From Candidatus Magasanikiibacteriota bacterium (lineage in GTDB: Bacteria > Patescibacteriota > Patescibacteriia > Magasanikbacterales > UBA922): a stretch of DNA of 64,000 nucleotides. The notes beneath the pieces are model-generated. The model saw nothing but the letters and a program-made list of their open reading frames with translations. It had not been told where the DNA came from and did not search any database. Both the position numbers and the translations under genes were made by a program. Location of the stretch: assembly GCA_014729395.1 (NCBI GenBank), contig WJJZ01000002.1, positions 64,673 through 128,672 on the forward strand, written 5' to 3'. This document shows positions 51,321 through 61,599 of the stretch, piece after piece (positions within the stretch are counted from its first letter, which is position 1; every line of letters begins with the position of its first letter).

Positions 51321-51803
51321 ATGAAATTCGATACTAATAATATTTTGACTATTATCGCTTTGGTGGTGGCTGTTTTATCATTTGTCATGATTACACAGAG
51401 CCTGCTTGTAAACACTTATCACGCAATGCTTGATAATCAAAGCAAAAATGAAGTGGCTCTTTTGGAACACACCGGCCAATTCAGTGAAGCAAAAGAAGGG
51501 ATTATTTCCAAACTGATTGTTCAAGGAGATTACGCCTGTTGCTTGGAAAAGCCTTGTACATATTGTATTGAAAAAACTCCAAAGCATGGAGAGGGACCTA
51601 CCTGCAGCTGCCTTGACGATGTAATGAACGGCAGACATCCTTGCGGTGAGTGTATCGGTGAGATTTTGGAGGGTCATGGAAATAAATACATATCAAGATA
51701 TTTTGCCACGTCTATAGCTGAGGAGGTCGGTATGAAACACATCGGAACTATTAGAGAAATAATTGAATCAAAGTATGGAATACCGGTTGAAGAGCAAGAA
51801 TAA
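51321..51803 (+). CDS. Cys-rich membrane-anchored protein
   Basis: CCLEKPCTYC...CSC...HPCGEC. Confidence 0.65.
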   Translation: MKFDTNNILTIIALVVAVLSFVMITQSLLVNTYHAMLDNQSKNEVALLEHTGQFSEAKEGIISKLIVQGDYACCLEKPCTYCIEKTPKHGEGPTCSCLDDVMNGRHPCGECIGEILEGHGNKYISRYFATSIAEEVGMKHIGTIREIIESKYGIPVEEQE

Positions 51804-51905
51804 TAAAGATAAGTAGTTTGGCGTGCATTCTTTGGTATATAATAACCACCGGACTTGCAATCGGTGGTTATTTTTTTGAACTTATTTTTTACTAGAAGAG
51901 TAGCA

Positions 51906-52106
51906 TTATTTTTTCTTTGTATTTATTCCCAGCAATTTATATAGTCCACAATATCCCGTAAGAGCTGTAAGAAGAAGAATGGCAGCCACAATATATAATA
52001 TAACTTGGCTGATTCCGCTAAGTGTGAAAAAGGCAACCAATAAGAATATTATTCCAGCGATTGCGCGAATTACTCTGTCTGCTTTACCTTCGTTTGGTTT
52101 GAACAT
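51906..52106 (-). CDS. DUF2892 (YgaP-like) membrane protein
   Basis: NEG.ADR.IR, GYCGLY.LLGINT. Confidence 0.85.
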   Translation of the reverse strand: MFKPNEGKADRVIRAIAGIIFLLVAFFTLSGISQVILYIVAAILLLTALTGYCGLYKLLGINTKKK

Positions 52107-52244
52107 AAATTTATAATTAATATTATATATTATATGTCAATTTTCAATTTGGAACAAATTGCAAGTAATAAAATTTTTTAGTTTTTATTCTTGGGACATG
52201 CATGATTTTAGTGTATACTATTAACAAAACATGATAATTTTTTT

Positions 52245-52478
52245 ATGAATAATATTTTGAGCGAGGCATCAAAAAAAGCCTTTATTACAAGTACACTGGA
52301 AAAGTACCCCAATATTTTGGATGACTTTAAAAGAAAATTGAATGAAGATAATATGGGGGATTATGCTGATTTTGACATGGATAATTTTTCCGAGACACAG
52401 GTAGGTTCAATGTATGATAAATTAAAAGATTTACTGGAAGAAAAAGGCATTGAAGTTGCCGATAAAGGAATATCATAA
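52245..52478 (+). CDS. Hypothetical protein
   Basis: 77-aa ORF after a TATACT -10 box. Confidence 0.55.
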   Translation: MNNILSEASKKAFITSTLEKYPNILDDFKRKLNEDNMGDYADFDMDNFSETQVGSMYDKLKDLLEEKGIEVADKGIS

Positions 52479-52493
52479 TTTAATAATTTTTAT

Positions 52494-53435
52494 ATGAGTA
52501 AAAAAATAGTGAATATAATAATTTTAACAATTATCAGTGGTCTGCTTTGGTATATAGATTTTTTATATCCAAATGATCTTATTCGGAGAATTCTTTTAAC
52601 ATCGGTATATTTTTTATTATTATATTTTTTATTTACTTTCTTTTTGACCGGTTTTGTCAGCAAAAGAATAAAAGACTACAAATTGCGTTATTCTTTTAAA
52701 AAAATTGCCAATATTTTATTCTTTATTACCATAACAGCCGTAGTCATCAGGATTTGGATTGAAGACCCACAGACATTATTGGTTTCCTATGGCTTGATTG
52801 CCGCCGGTGTGGCCATTGCATTACAGGATTTTTTCAAAAATTTTATTGGCGGCGTGCTAATAATCGTCAATAGTTTGTTCAAAGTGGGTGATAGAATAGA
52901 GATAAAAGGAAAATATGGCGATGTGATTGACATTGGCATACTCTATACCACATTATTGGAAATAAAGGGTTGGGTTGATGGTGACCAAGCAACCGGTAGG
53001 GTAACGAGAATTCCAAACGGAGCAGTACTGACAGAGAATATAAATAATTATACAGAAGACCATGGTTTTATATGGGATGAGATTTTTATTCCGGTCACAT
53101 ATGAGAGTAATTGGCAGGACGCTATTAAAAAAGTATTGGCAATCGTCAAGAAAGAAACAAAAAGTACATTGGATTTGGCAAAAAAGGATTTTAAAAAATT
53201 ACGCCGAAAATATTTTGTTGGTGAAAAAGTGATCGAGCCTATTATATTCGTTAAAATGACTGATAATTGGATTGAATTGCATGTTCGCTACATCACAGAG
53301 GTGAAACAAAGGAGGAATATGCACAATGTTCTGAGTCAGAAAATATTAAAAAAATTGTCTTCTGAAAAAAATATTTCAGTCGCATCGGCGACTTTGGGTA
53401 TTGTGGATATACCGCCAATAAAATTAAAAAAATAA
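52494..53435 (+). CDS. mscS: Small-conductance mechanosensitive channel
   Basis: ALQD...FKVGDRIEI...IPN. Confidence 0.88.
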   Translation: MSKKIVNIIILTIISGLLWYIDFLYPNDLIRRILLTSVYFLLLYFLFTFFLTGFVSKRIKDYKLRYSFKKIANILFFITITAVVIRIWIEDPQTLLVSYGLIAAGVAIALQDFFKNFIGGVLIIVNSLFKVGDRIEIKGKYGDVIDIGILYTTLLEIKGWVDGDQATGRVTRIPNGAVLTENINNYTEDHGFIWDEIFIPVTYESNWQDAIKKVLAIVKKETKSTLDLAKKDFKKLRRKYFVGEKVIEPIIFVKMTDNWIELHVRYITEVKQRRNMHNVLSQKILKKLSSEKNISVASATLGIVDIPPIKLKK

Positions 53436-53447
53436 ACTATTGATTAT

Positions 53448-53918
53448 ATGAATTATAAGCGTTTACTGATCAGTTTGGTTTTACCGCAATTGGCCGGTTT
53501 GCTCGGTTCTTTTTTTACGGCCTCTTCCATACCAAGCTGGTACACAACAATTGAAAAGCCCTTTTTTACTCCGCCAAACTGGCTTTTTGGGCCTGTATGG
53601 ATTAGTTTATATATTTTGATGGGTATAAGCGTTTATTTAATTTGGCAAAAGGCGGAAAAAAACAAGAAAGCAAAAAAGCTGGTTTGGTTATTTTGGGTAC
53701 ATCTAATATTTAATGCGACTTGGTCGATAGTTTTTTTCGGATTGCAAAATATAGGTTTGGCTTTTCTAAATATAATTATTATTTGGATTCTTATACTTGT
53801 TTTGATGTGGAAGTTCGAGAAAATAAACAAAGTATCAGCTTGGCTTTTGGTCCCTTATATGTTGTGGGTTAGTTATGCGACGGTTCTAAATTTGGCCATC
53901 TGGTTTTTAAATAAATAG
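53448..53918 (+). CDS. tspO: TspO/MBR protein
   Basis: WY..IEKP..TPPNWLFGPVW, LVPY..W. Confidence 0.92.
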   Translation: MNYKRLLISLVLPQLAGLLGSFFTASSIPSWYTTIEKPFFTPPNWLFGPVWISLYILMGISVYLIWQKAEKNKKAKKLVWLFWVHLIFNATWSIVFFGLQNIGLAFLNIIIIWILILVLMWKFEKINKVSAWLLVPYMLWVSYATVLNLAIWFLNK

Positions 53919-53919
53919 T

Positions 53920-54858
53920 ATGGCGCATGCAGAAGCAAGAAATTTCGAAAGACAAGAACCCTCACCGGAAGAGCTTGATGATTTGATTGATGAGGTAGAA
54001 GATATGATTGACGCTATACCGCTTCAAATAAGAGATATTTGGCAGAAAAAATTTGATGATTTGATTGACAACGATGTGGAAGATTTTAAAACTTGGTTGG
54101 AATTCAAAGATAATATTGGTGGCTTGAGAGATAAACGAAATTCGGCGGTTGATAAGCTGCAAGCTGATTTTTTTATCGATGAAATAGATAGATACAGAGA
54201 ATTATTTGTTTCAGAGCTGCCTTTTTACGAACAAAGAGAGGAATGCTCTTTTTTAGTAGAATTGTTGGAAGACAAACAAAATAAAATTATTGGTGCGGGA
54301 CAAGTGGCCGAAGTATTTGCAAATTCAGATCACTTGAATTCATGTTTTAAGGTTGTAAAAGATTGGAGAAAATATAGAGAAGGAAATAATTTGTTAAAAG
54401 AAGCTTATTTACAGCTGAGAATGTCAAAGTTCAACAGTGAATTAATAGCAAAAGTGCCTGAGGTCCAATATTGCGCAGCATTGGATGATTTTAGAGTAAT
54501 AGCTATGGATAGAGTGGATGGCGCCAGTCTGAGTGAATTAATGTTAGATATAAAGAGAGTTCCTGACAATTTTGAATTTGATGTTTTTTTTCGAGAAATT
54601 CAAAATACTGTCGATAAAATGCATTCTTTAAATATTCATCATCGAGATTTACACGCCGGTAATATAATGATGGATTATGAAACCGGATTACCATACATAA
54701 TTGACTTTGGCTTGGCTGTGGAGGCCGGTCCATTATTTGATGAAGATGAAATATATAAACAAAGATTGGCGGATGGTTCGGTGCTTAGATTTAATTATGA
54801 TAATCTACAGTTGCAAGAAGTAAAAAGTAGATTCAAGTCTGCTCTCGCCGGTACTTGA
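53920..54858 (+). CDS. Protein kinase-like protein
   Basis: IGAGQVAEV, K, HRDLHAGN, IDFG. Confidence 0.8.
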   Translation: MAHAEARNFERQEPSPEELDDLIDEVEDMIDAIPLQIRDIWQKKFDDLIDNDVEDFKTWLEFKDNIGGLRDKRNSAVDKLQADFFIDEIDRYRELFVSELPFYEQREECSFLVELLEDKQNKIIGAGQVAEVFANSDHLNSCFKVVKDWRKYREGNNLLKEAYLQLRMSKFNSELIAKVPEVQYCAALDDFRVIAMDRVDGASLSELMLDIKRVPDNFEFDVFFREIQNTVDKMHSLNIHHRDLHAGNIMMDYETGLPYIIDFGLAVEAGPLFDEDEIYKQRLADGSVLRFNYDNLQLQEVKSRFKSALAGT

Positions 54859-54873
54859 CAAATAAAAAAAAGT

Positions 54874-55128
54874 ATGAAAGAATTAAATATCGATCAATAT
54901 AAACAAAAGGAGGTAAAAGAAGTGATAGCGATATCTGATACAATGCTTCAAAGTATGACCAAAACCGCACGGAGGATGGATCCAAAAGAAAGTATGAGAG
55001 AGTTATCTGATAAAAGGGGGTTTTATGTTTTACGTCAAAAAGATGATCGTTTCATTCATCTCCATAAAATGGAGCTGAATGGAGAATCTTTCTGGCTTGG
55101 CCAGATTAAACTCCATGTAAAATTATAA
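54874..55128 (+). CDS. Hypothetical protein
   Basis: 84-aa co-oriented ORF. Confidence 0.5.
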   Translation: MKELNIDQYKQKEVKEVIAISDTMLQSMTKTARRMDPKESMRELSDKRGFYVLRQKDDRFIHLHKMELNGESFWLGQIKLHVKL

Positions 55129-55217
55129 AAATATACTCGCAACATTTGCGGGTTTTATTTTTTTTATTTATAATTAAACAAAGGTCATTTTATAATAAAT
55201 TTATTAAAAATAATACT

Positions 55218-55748
55218 ATGTTTAGAAAAAAAGCATTCATGGGAGCTTTGCTTGTTTTCTTTATAGCCACTCCTGTTTTTGCACAAAACCAGGTGGCTGA
55301 AAAAAGACAGTTAAAAACCAAAAAAGCCATTGAGCACCGCAGCGAGGTGGCAAATTTTGTCCAAAATTTATTGGATGTTTCCGAGAGACAGGAATTGGGG
55401 GGGTTGGGTGAACAAGTTAGAGAAATAGCGCGTGAGCAACAAAGTAGATCTGAAGAAATAGTTTTACCGATGTTGGAAAGAGTTGAGAATAGAAGTTGGT
55501 TGAGGAAATTTGTTTTTGGTCCCGACTATGATGCTCTAAAAAGAATAAGGATGGAAATGAAAGAGACAAGGCAGAGAATGAATGAATTATCCCATATTCG
55601 TTCACAGTTACATTCTGATGAAATTAGTTCTCAAATTGAAGAGAATATTGCAAGTATGGATGAATTGGTGGGTGAGGTTATAAATAAAGTAGAAGAAGAG
55701 GAGGGTAGATTTAGCTTATTTGGTTGGTTCAAGAGGTTCAATCAATAA
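55218..55748 (+). CDS. Secreted helical hypothetical protein
   Basis: Signal peptide ending VFA-Q; FSLFGWF tail. Confidence 0.65.
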   Translation: MFRKKAFMGALLVFFIATPVFAQNQVAEKRQLKTKKAIEHRSEVANFVQNLLDVSERQELGGLGEQVREIAREQQSRSEEIVLPMLERVENRSWLRKFVFGPDYDALKRIRMEMKETRQRMNELSHIRSQLHSDEISSQIEENIASMDELVGEVINKVEEEEGRFSLFGWFKRFNQ

Positions 55749-55776
55749 TAAACTCTTGAATTAGTTCTATAATTTT

Positions 55777-56292
55777 ATGCCCGGAAGGCGCAAAAAAAGT
55801 GTTGTAGTAAACGACAAGATGCAAAAAAAATATAGTTATGAACTGACAGAACCGATAGGTAAAAATTTTTCTCCGGACTTCAAGCCGGAACTGACTCCAA
55901 AAGAAATGCTTGAGTTGGGAATTTTTTGCGGGCGTTATATGCGCGATTGCAAAAAGGAATTTCCCAAAACTTGGTTTAAGAATGCCAAGTTTGCCAAAGA
56001 AAAAAAGAACTGTGACCTGAATTATTTCCGTGTTAAGGCCAGTATGCCTTTGTCGTATTGGCAAGAAAAAGATTGGATTCATCCGGATGATCCGCGTGGC
56101 TGGTTTCAATGGTATTGCCGTTATTATATGGGTCGGCGCCATGAGGATGATGAAAGACAGATAAAACGTTGGAAAGCGATGAAGCGTCATGTTGGGCAGA
56201 TAAAAAAGAATTGTGAAAAGGGCGATATGAACTGCCGTCGTCGGCAGCGACAGGCTTTGCTTCACTGGGCTTATGATAGTAGGAAGATATAA
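55777..56292 (+). CDS. Conserved hypothetical protein
   Basis: TPKEML.LG.F.G.Y, DPRGWFQWYCRY, RQALLHWAYD. Confidence 0.75.
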   Translation: MPGRRKKSVVVNDKMQKKYSYELTEPIGKNFSPDFKPELTPKEMLELGIFCGRYMRDCKKEFPKTWFKNAKFAKEKKNCDLNYFRVKASMPLSYWQEKDWIHPDDPRGWFQWYCRYYMGRRHEDDERQIKRWKAMKRHVGQIKKNCEKGDMNCRRRQRQALLHWAYDSRKI

Positions 56293-56387
56293 ACTTATAA
56301 TTAATAAAAAACACGGCATTGGCGGTGTTTTTTCTTTGCCCAAAAAACCACCGGCTGTGTGCCGGTAGTCATTATTTTTGTTTAATT

Positions 56388-59051
56388 TTATTTTTTCTTG
56401 CCTCGTATTTTTCTTACGATAAATTTCAATAATCTCCAAACAGCGTAGATAACCGCTCCCATTATACCCAAACCGATAATCCAGTCCCAGGCACTCAATT
56501 CATTGCCATAATTCGGGTCATCAAGACCCAATTCTTCCACTCTAATTTTATTGGCATCATAGCTGGTTTGTGCCATTTGTTTTTCTTGGGCGATGCGATC
56601 ATTTAAAGCAATTAGGTCGGTGTTCTCCGGTTCAATTTGAACCAAGAGATTTGTCAGTTCAGCAAGGCTTGAATAAAATTCCACGTCGGTTTGGGCTTCA
56701 ACATATTGGACAGCGTGTTCAAAATCTTCAGAACCCGGGTCAATATCGCTAATATATAAATTTTGTAATATATCCACTTCTTCACCGGCAAACGTCACTT
56801 CTGCAAAAGGTCTGTATGAAGGGTCTTGGGGCGCTAACGCAACCGGAATTATCATTTTGACATGCTTGTACATCATATCTTGATTGCGGGTGTAGGCTCT
56901 TATCCAAGTTGCCAGTTGTACATTGTTGATTACCCCACTTCTAATGCCTTTATAAACCGTTTCCATCCAGTCAACGATTTCTCCGGCTGTGGCCGGGTAA
57001 AGAATTTTGGCAGCCTTGCCGGCAATATTAAAGCCAAGCTCTGTCCATTGTTTTACCATGGTGGCATTGTATTCCAAGTCATGTTTTTGTAGATACCAGT
57101 CTGAAAATTCTATATAAGAATTCCGTGCACCCTCCAGATACCCGTCGCCATATTCATTAAAGCTATTGTTGTTTATGGTACCTTCGAGAGAAGTTAATAG
57201 ATCATCGGCCATTTCTTGATTCAAGTCCTGTAGTTCGTCAGCCACAAATGTTTTTATACTGGCTGCATCGCCACTTTTGTTTATACCATACTGCAAAGCC
57301 CCGTCAATCGCTTCTTTTAAAGTCCTATCAAGCCAATTTGGACTAAATTTGTTGGTTCCGATTGTTGCTCTCACTGCAGCTACGCGGATGTTATTAATAA
57401 ATGAACGAATGACGCCGTGTTGGCCCTTTTCATAGACTTCGGATAATTTGTTAGCTAAATCAAATTTAAAAGTTTGGGAGACTTTGTCAGAGATTTCAAT
57501 ATTTAGTCCACCGCTTTTTTTATTTAGCCAATCTTTGATTGGGTTTTTAAAGCTATCAAAGACAGACAATAGGTCCGCCAAATCCCAGACTGCGTTACCC
57601 ATTGCTTCAGCCAAAGCATCTGATGAATCTTTGCCCAAACTAAGGCCCTGCTTTATATAAAATAAAACATATTTGCTTTGTTTTATGCCGGCTACGGCTT
57701 TTTTGCTTTTTTCTTCACTGCCTTGTTTGGCCAGATAGCTGCCAAAGTTATAAACAAATTCTTTTATATTTGGGTTTACCAGGGCATAATTTGCAATGAT
57801 GTCCGTGTACTGTTCTTGGGCGTCGGCCATATGCTTTTTTACTTCGGGAGTCAACTCCAGCACCACTTCAACCGGGGGAAGTTCTGCCCCCAGCTCTTCC
57901 ATTTCTGTTGGCGCTTCAAGATTGGCTTTCCCATCTTTGTTGGTACGGGCGGAAAAATATTCTTCATAATCAATCGCCGCATCGTTTACCGGAATTTTAT
58001 TTCCACTTTGGTCAAGTGTGTATATGTTTATTTGCGCCTTGTCTCCGGCAAAATAGACTTTGACTTCTTGGCCTGTAAAACCGATTTTACTTACTTTTAC
58101 CATTACCGCTTCCGTATTTACCAGGTTGATGTCAAAGGTTTTATATAATTCCTGATCAAGTTTTTTACTGTAATAAAACATGTACAATACATCTTTACCC
58201 GATTGAATATCTGTTTCGCTCAAATCAGCGGTTTGGTAAGTAACCGTGTATTCACCGGGGTCACCCTCGACATTTGTAATGGTTCCGGGCTTTCCGGTTG
58301 TAGAATATTTAATTTCAAAACGCAGTTCTGCGGGTGATTCGGTATCAGCATATATGGCGTTAATTTTAAATTTACCCGTGGTTTCGCCATCAGCCATGTA
58401 TGGCATTTTTGAACCTTCGGTTATTTCTTCTATGTTTAAAACTAATTCAGGTATTTCTTCACATACATATTCATCGTCTTCATTTGTTTTTAATTCATAT
58501 CCGGGTACGCAAGCACAATCATTTTCTTCCGTGCTAAAGAAAATATTTGGGTCTTCACCACACATAGATTCACAAGTTTTTTCACTCGTCATTTCAAAGC
58601 CGGCCGGGCAAAAACATTGTCCGGTTTCTCTATTATAATCTATATTTGGGTCATCCGAACAAAGGTCGTTTATGTGTTTACATTCATTCCCTACCGGATA
58701 ATGCGGTTCATAGCAGTGCAAACATCCGATTGCGCCGTTTTTATTAACCCACAATCCACCGTTTCTTTGGCAAGTATTTTGTACAGATGTACGGTTGCTA
58801 TTTACCCATTTTGTATAACCCGATTGCACAATATTATTGGCACTACCCGAATCCATACCGATAGAGTCACAATATTGACCATGAAAAGCACACTTGCAAT
58901 ACTTAAAGTCTATTCCTACACCACAGTAAGAATTTTTTATACTGGGTTCGGTATAAGGAAAAAATTCTTCACTGGCTTTAGCTGTATTGTTGGGTATTAA
59001 AAAAAGAGCAAGCATGCATGCCCCGACGAAAAAAATTTTTTTCATATGCAT
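56388..59051 (-). CDS. Large cell-surface protein with Cys-rich/EGF-like repeats and C-terminal anchor
   Basis: Signal peptide, C-x-C-P-x-G-F/Y repeats, TM followed by a basic tail. Confidence 0.75.
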   Translation of the reverse strand: MHMKKIFFVGACMLALFLIPNNTAKASEEFFPYTEPSIKNSYCGVGIDFKYCKCAFHGQYCDSIGMDSGSANNIVQSGYTKWVNSNRTSVQNTCQRNGGLWVNKNGAIGCLHCYEPHYPVGNECKHINDLCSDDPNIDYNRETGQCFCPAGFEMTSEKTCESMCGEDPNIFFSTEENDCACVPGYELKTNEDDEYVCEEIPELVLNIEEITEGSKMPYMADGETTGKFKINAIYADTESPAELRFEIKYSTTGKPGTITNVEGDPGEYTVTYQTADLSETDIQSGKDVLYMFYYSKKLDQELYKTFDINLVNTEAVMVKVSKIGFTGQEVKVYFAGDKAQINIYTLDQSGNKIPVNDAAIDYEEYFSARTNKDGKANLEAPTEMEELGAELPPVEVVLELTPEVKKHMADAQEQYTDIIANYALVNPNIKEFVYNFGSYLAKQGSEEKSKKAVAGIKQSKYVLFYIKQGLSLGKDSSDALAEAMGNAVWDLADLLSVFDSFKNPIKDWLNKKSGGLNIEISDKVSQTFKFDLANKLSEVYEKGQHGVIRSFINNIRVAAVRATIGTNKFSPNWLDRTLKEAIDGALQYGINKSGDAASIKTFVADELQDLNQEMADDLLTSLEGTINNNSFNEYGDGYLEGARNSYIEFSDWYLQKHDLEYNATMVKQWTELGFNIAGKAAKILYPATAGEIVDWMETVYKGIRSGVINNVQLATWIRAYTRNQDMMYKHVKMIIPVALAPQDPSYRPFAEVTFAGEEVDILQNLYISDIDPGSEDFEHAVQYVEAQTDVEFYSSLAELTNLLVQIEPENTDLIALNDRIAQEKQMAQTSYDANKIRVEELGLDDPNYGNELSAWDWIIGLGIMGAVIYAVWRLLKFIVRKIRGKKK

Positions 59052-59171
59052 TTAAAAAAGTATAAAAATTCATCTACATTATAGCATAATTTTAATATTT
59101 TTGTAATAAAAAAGAGCACCCTTTGCAAAAGAGTGCTCTTGGTGTTTAGCCGGATAACCTCTTGAGCGAGG

Positions 59172-60557
59172 TTAGTCGGCATTGTTTTGGTCATTGTGAA
59201 TCTGCCAGCGTCTTTTGCGGCAGAAGCTCAGGCCGTACTGCCAGAGCTGGCAGTTCCCATTGGGGCAACCCTTTTCCCGGCAGGGATCGGGTTTGAGTCC
59301 AAGGCGGATCAGGCGAACCAACCGCTCCAAGTTGATCCGGGTGGGCTCTACCCCCGGATGGGAAAGAGAGCCATTGAGGATCCAGCCCGGTCTATTTTCA
59401 AAATACCAGTTTGGAACCTCTTCGATGCTGCCCTCTTGTCGGATGTAATCCCAGTCAGGTGTTTCTCCGAGAGAGCCGCCCTTGCAGGACATCTCTTCAA
59501 CTCTCAGGATGGCCATTATGTCGCGAAGATCTACTCTATTCTTTCGATTAGTGTAGATCTGGACATTTCCGGTGGAATTTTGCTGAACGATTAGGCCGGC
59601 TCGATGCCTCCACCTGGCGTAGGCGTTTACTGCTTGCAGATCGCTCTGCACTACCAGCGCCTTAATTCTGCCAATTTTGGAATCGAAATTATACCAAGTA
59701 CCAAAATTTTTAATTTCAGTCTCGGCATGGTAATGGAAATCATATTGCTCCGCCATATAGGCGTTGAGATAAATTTCCATTTCCTCGACTACCTCGTCCG
59801 GTCTCGTCCGCCTGATCCACTCGACCATGGTCAGCAAGTCGAATGTGTCTTCTGATCTACTCGACAGACTTCCCATGTACTGAGCCAGAAGCCGGTACTC
59901 AGGACGAACTTTGGAAATCTCCAGAAGAGTCCCGATAAGGTCTTCAGGATTTCCTTGGCTACTGAGATCGATTTTTTCTGAATCAAGGTAGCCAAAGATG
60001 ATATCGTTCAGATCCGGTCCGGGTTGAACTGCTATGTTTTTCCCCAACATACAGTCCATGTAGTCGGCCAGGATGTCGTACACCCAGTCGACTACCTCCT
60101 TTGGATCTTTGTGGTTTCGCTGCGCCGTTTTAATGATGCTGGCGAAGGCAAACTTGTCCTTGTCGCCAAAGGCATCTGACTGTTGGGCGTACTCGATGAG
60201 GCGCTTAATTTCCGGGTAATGTGAAATTCCCAGAAATTCAGCCATCAGGCTGGCGGCGCACTTGCCGTTTCTACCGCCTTCCTTGTGCTCATCAAAACGT
60301 CCACCGCCGATCCCGATCAAGAGGTAGCCCTCCTTTTCGAGTTCGTCAGCTGTTTTGCCACCCGGTAGTAAGATACCGGTTCCCCAAAATTCGATCTTGG
60401 CATCGATGATCCCGTGAAAAATGTCGTAGCCGTAACACCCGGCCAAGAAAAAGGCCAGCAACTCGTCCAGATGAGGACGGACGTGCATGACCACCGTGTG
60501 TATATTGTTGAATTTTAATGGTTTTTTGCTTGTACTCCATGTTGGTACTGCCGACAT
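59172..60557 (-). CDS. MYG1/DHH-like metal-dependent hydrolase
   Basis: HVRPHLDE, GIGGGRFDEH, CAASL; AGGAGG SD; GC-rich. Confidence 0.6.
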   Translation of the reverse strand: MSAVPTWSTSKKPLKFNNIHTVVMHVRPHLDELLAFFLAGCYGYDIFHGIIDAKIEFWGTGILLPGGKTADELEKEGYLLIGIGGGRFDEHKEGGRNGKCAASLMAEFLGISHYPEIKRLIEYAQQSDAFGDKDKFAFASIIKTAQRNHKDPKEVVDWVYDILADYMDCMLGKNIAVQPGPDLNDIIFGYLDSEKIDLSSQGNPEDLIGTLLEISKVRPEYRLLAQYMGSLSSRSEDTFDLLTMVEWIRRTRPDEVVEEMEIYLNAYMAEQYDFHYHAETEIKNFGTWYNFDSKIGRIKALVVQSDLQAVNAYARWRHRAGLIVQQNSTGNVQIYTNRKNRVDLRDIMAILRVEEMSCKGGSLGETPDWDYIRQEGSIEEVPNWYFENRPGWILNGSLSHPGVEPTRINLERLVRLIRLGLKPDPCREKGCPNGNCQLWQYGLSFCRKRRWQIHNDQNNAD

Positions 60558-60704
60558 ATGCACCTCCTATACATGTTGGCTGTTTGTGTAAAAAGAACGC
60601 TAAACTATAGCAAATTTTGGCGGTTTTGTCAAGATGTCAGATTTTTTCTTATTTATTTATAAATTTAGCAAAATGTTGTATAATATAAGGGCTTTTAATA
60701 AAGT

Positions 60705-60953
60705 TTGAATATGAAATATATAATTGGCTTACTGGGAATTGCGGTCGGCGTAATTTTGGTAATAAAAACCGAATGGTTCGTGCAAAATTTCGGCACTAAT
60801 GCTTGGGCCGAGCAGCACTTGGGAACAAGCGGTGGAACCAGACTAATGTACAAGTTAATCGGTATTGCCATTATTTTGGTGGCCATGCTCGGAGTGACCG
60901 GACTGCTTGGTCCACTCGTGCTGGCAACATTTGGTCGACTTTTTGGACTTTAA
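60705..60953 (+). CDS. Small membrane protein
   Basis: Two TM helices, WAEQHLG..GG.R..YK. Confidence 0.7.
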   Translation: MNMKYIIGLLGIAVGVILVIKTEWFVQNFGTNAWAEQHLGTSGGTRLMYKLIGIAIILVAMLGVTGLLGPLVLATFGRLFGL

Positions 60954-61044
60954 TAAACCATAAATTTTTAATCAGAAATAATAAATGATTTTAATTCTGA
61001 ATTTTAGATTTATGATTTCTGATTTTGTATTTATGATTTAAATT

Positions 61045-61599
61045 ATGGCTTATCACACAGGCAATGAAATGGTAGATCCATATCTTCTTTTTGAAAGAGC
61101 CCAGTTGCGTCCCGGGATGCATGTGGCTGATTTGGGTTGTGGACGAACCGGACATGTGGTTTTTCCGGCCGCCGTGGTTTTAGGTGAAAGAGGTATTGTT
61201 TATGCTGTTGATATTTTGAAAGACGTATTGGAGATAATTCAAAAAAGAGCAAACACGAACCGGCTTTACAATATTCATACCGTATGGGCTAACTTGGAAC
61301 ATGTGGGAGCTACTGCTATTCCGGAAAAAAGCTTGGATGTGGCTTTTTTGGTAAATACTTTGGTACAAGCTGATAATCGTCATGGGGTTTTGGAAGAGGC
61401 TAAAAGGCTTTTGAAAGATAAGGCAAGATTAGTGATAGTGGATTGGGCTAGAAAGGGATTAAAATTCGGACCGCAGGATGAGAGATTTGTGGATTTTGAA
61501 AATATAAAGAAGTGGGCAAATATGCACGGCTTTGCTTTTCAGGAAGAATTTGATGTCGGTAGGTTCCATAAAGGTTTAGTGTTTTTTAAGCAGGAGTAA
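61045..61599 (+). CDS. Class I SAM-dependent methyltransferase
   Basis: VADLGCG, YAVD, IVDW. Confidence 0.85.
   Translation: MAYHTGNEMVDPYLLFERAQLRPGMHVADLGCGRTGHVVFPAAVVLGERGIVYAVDILKDVLEIIQKRANTNRLYNIHTVWANLEHVGATAIPEKSLDVAFLVNTLVQADNRHGVLEEAKRLLKDKARLVIVDWARKGLKFGPQDERFVDFENIKKWANMHGFAFQEEFDVGRFHKGLVFFKQE

Noticed and set aside
55738-56439. 233-aa minus-strand ORF
   Set aside because: Antisense shadow of the motif-bearing plus-strand gene 55777-56292.
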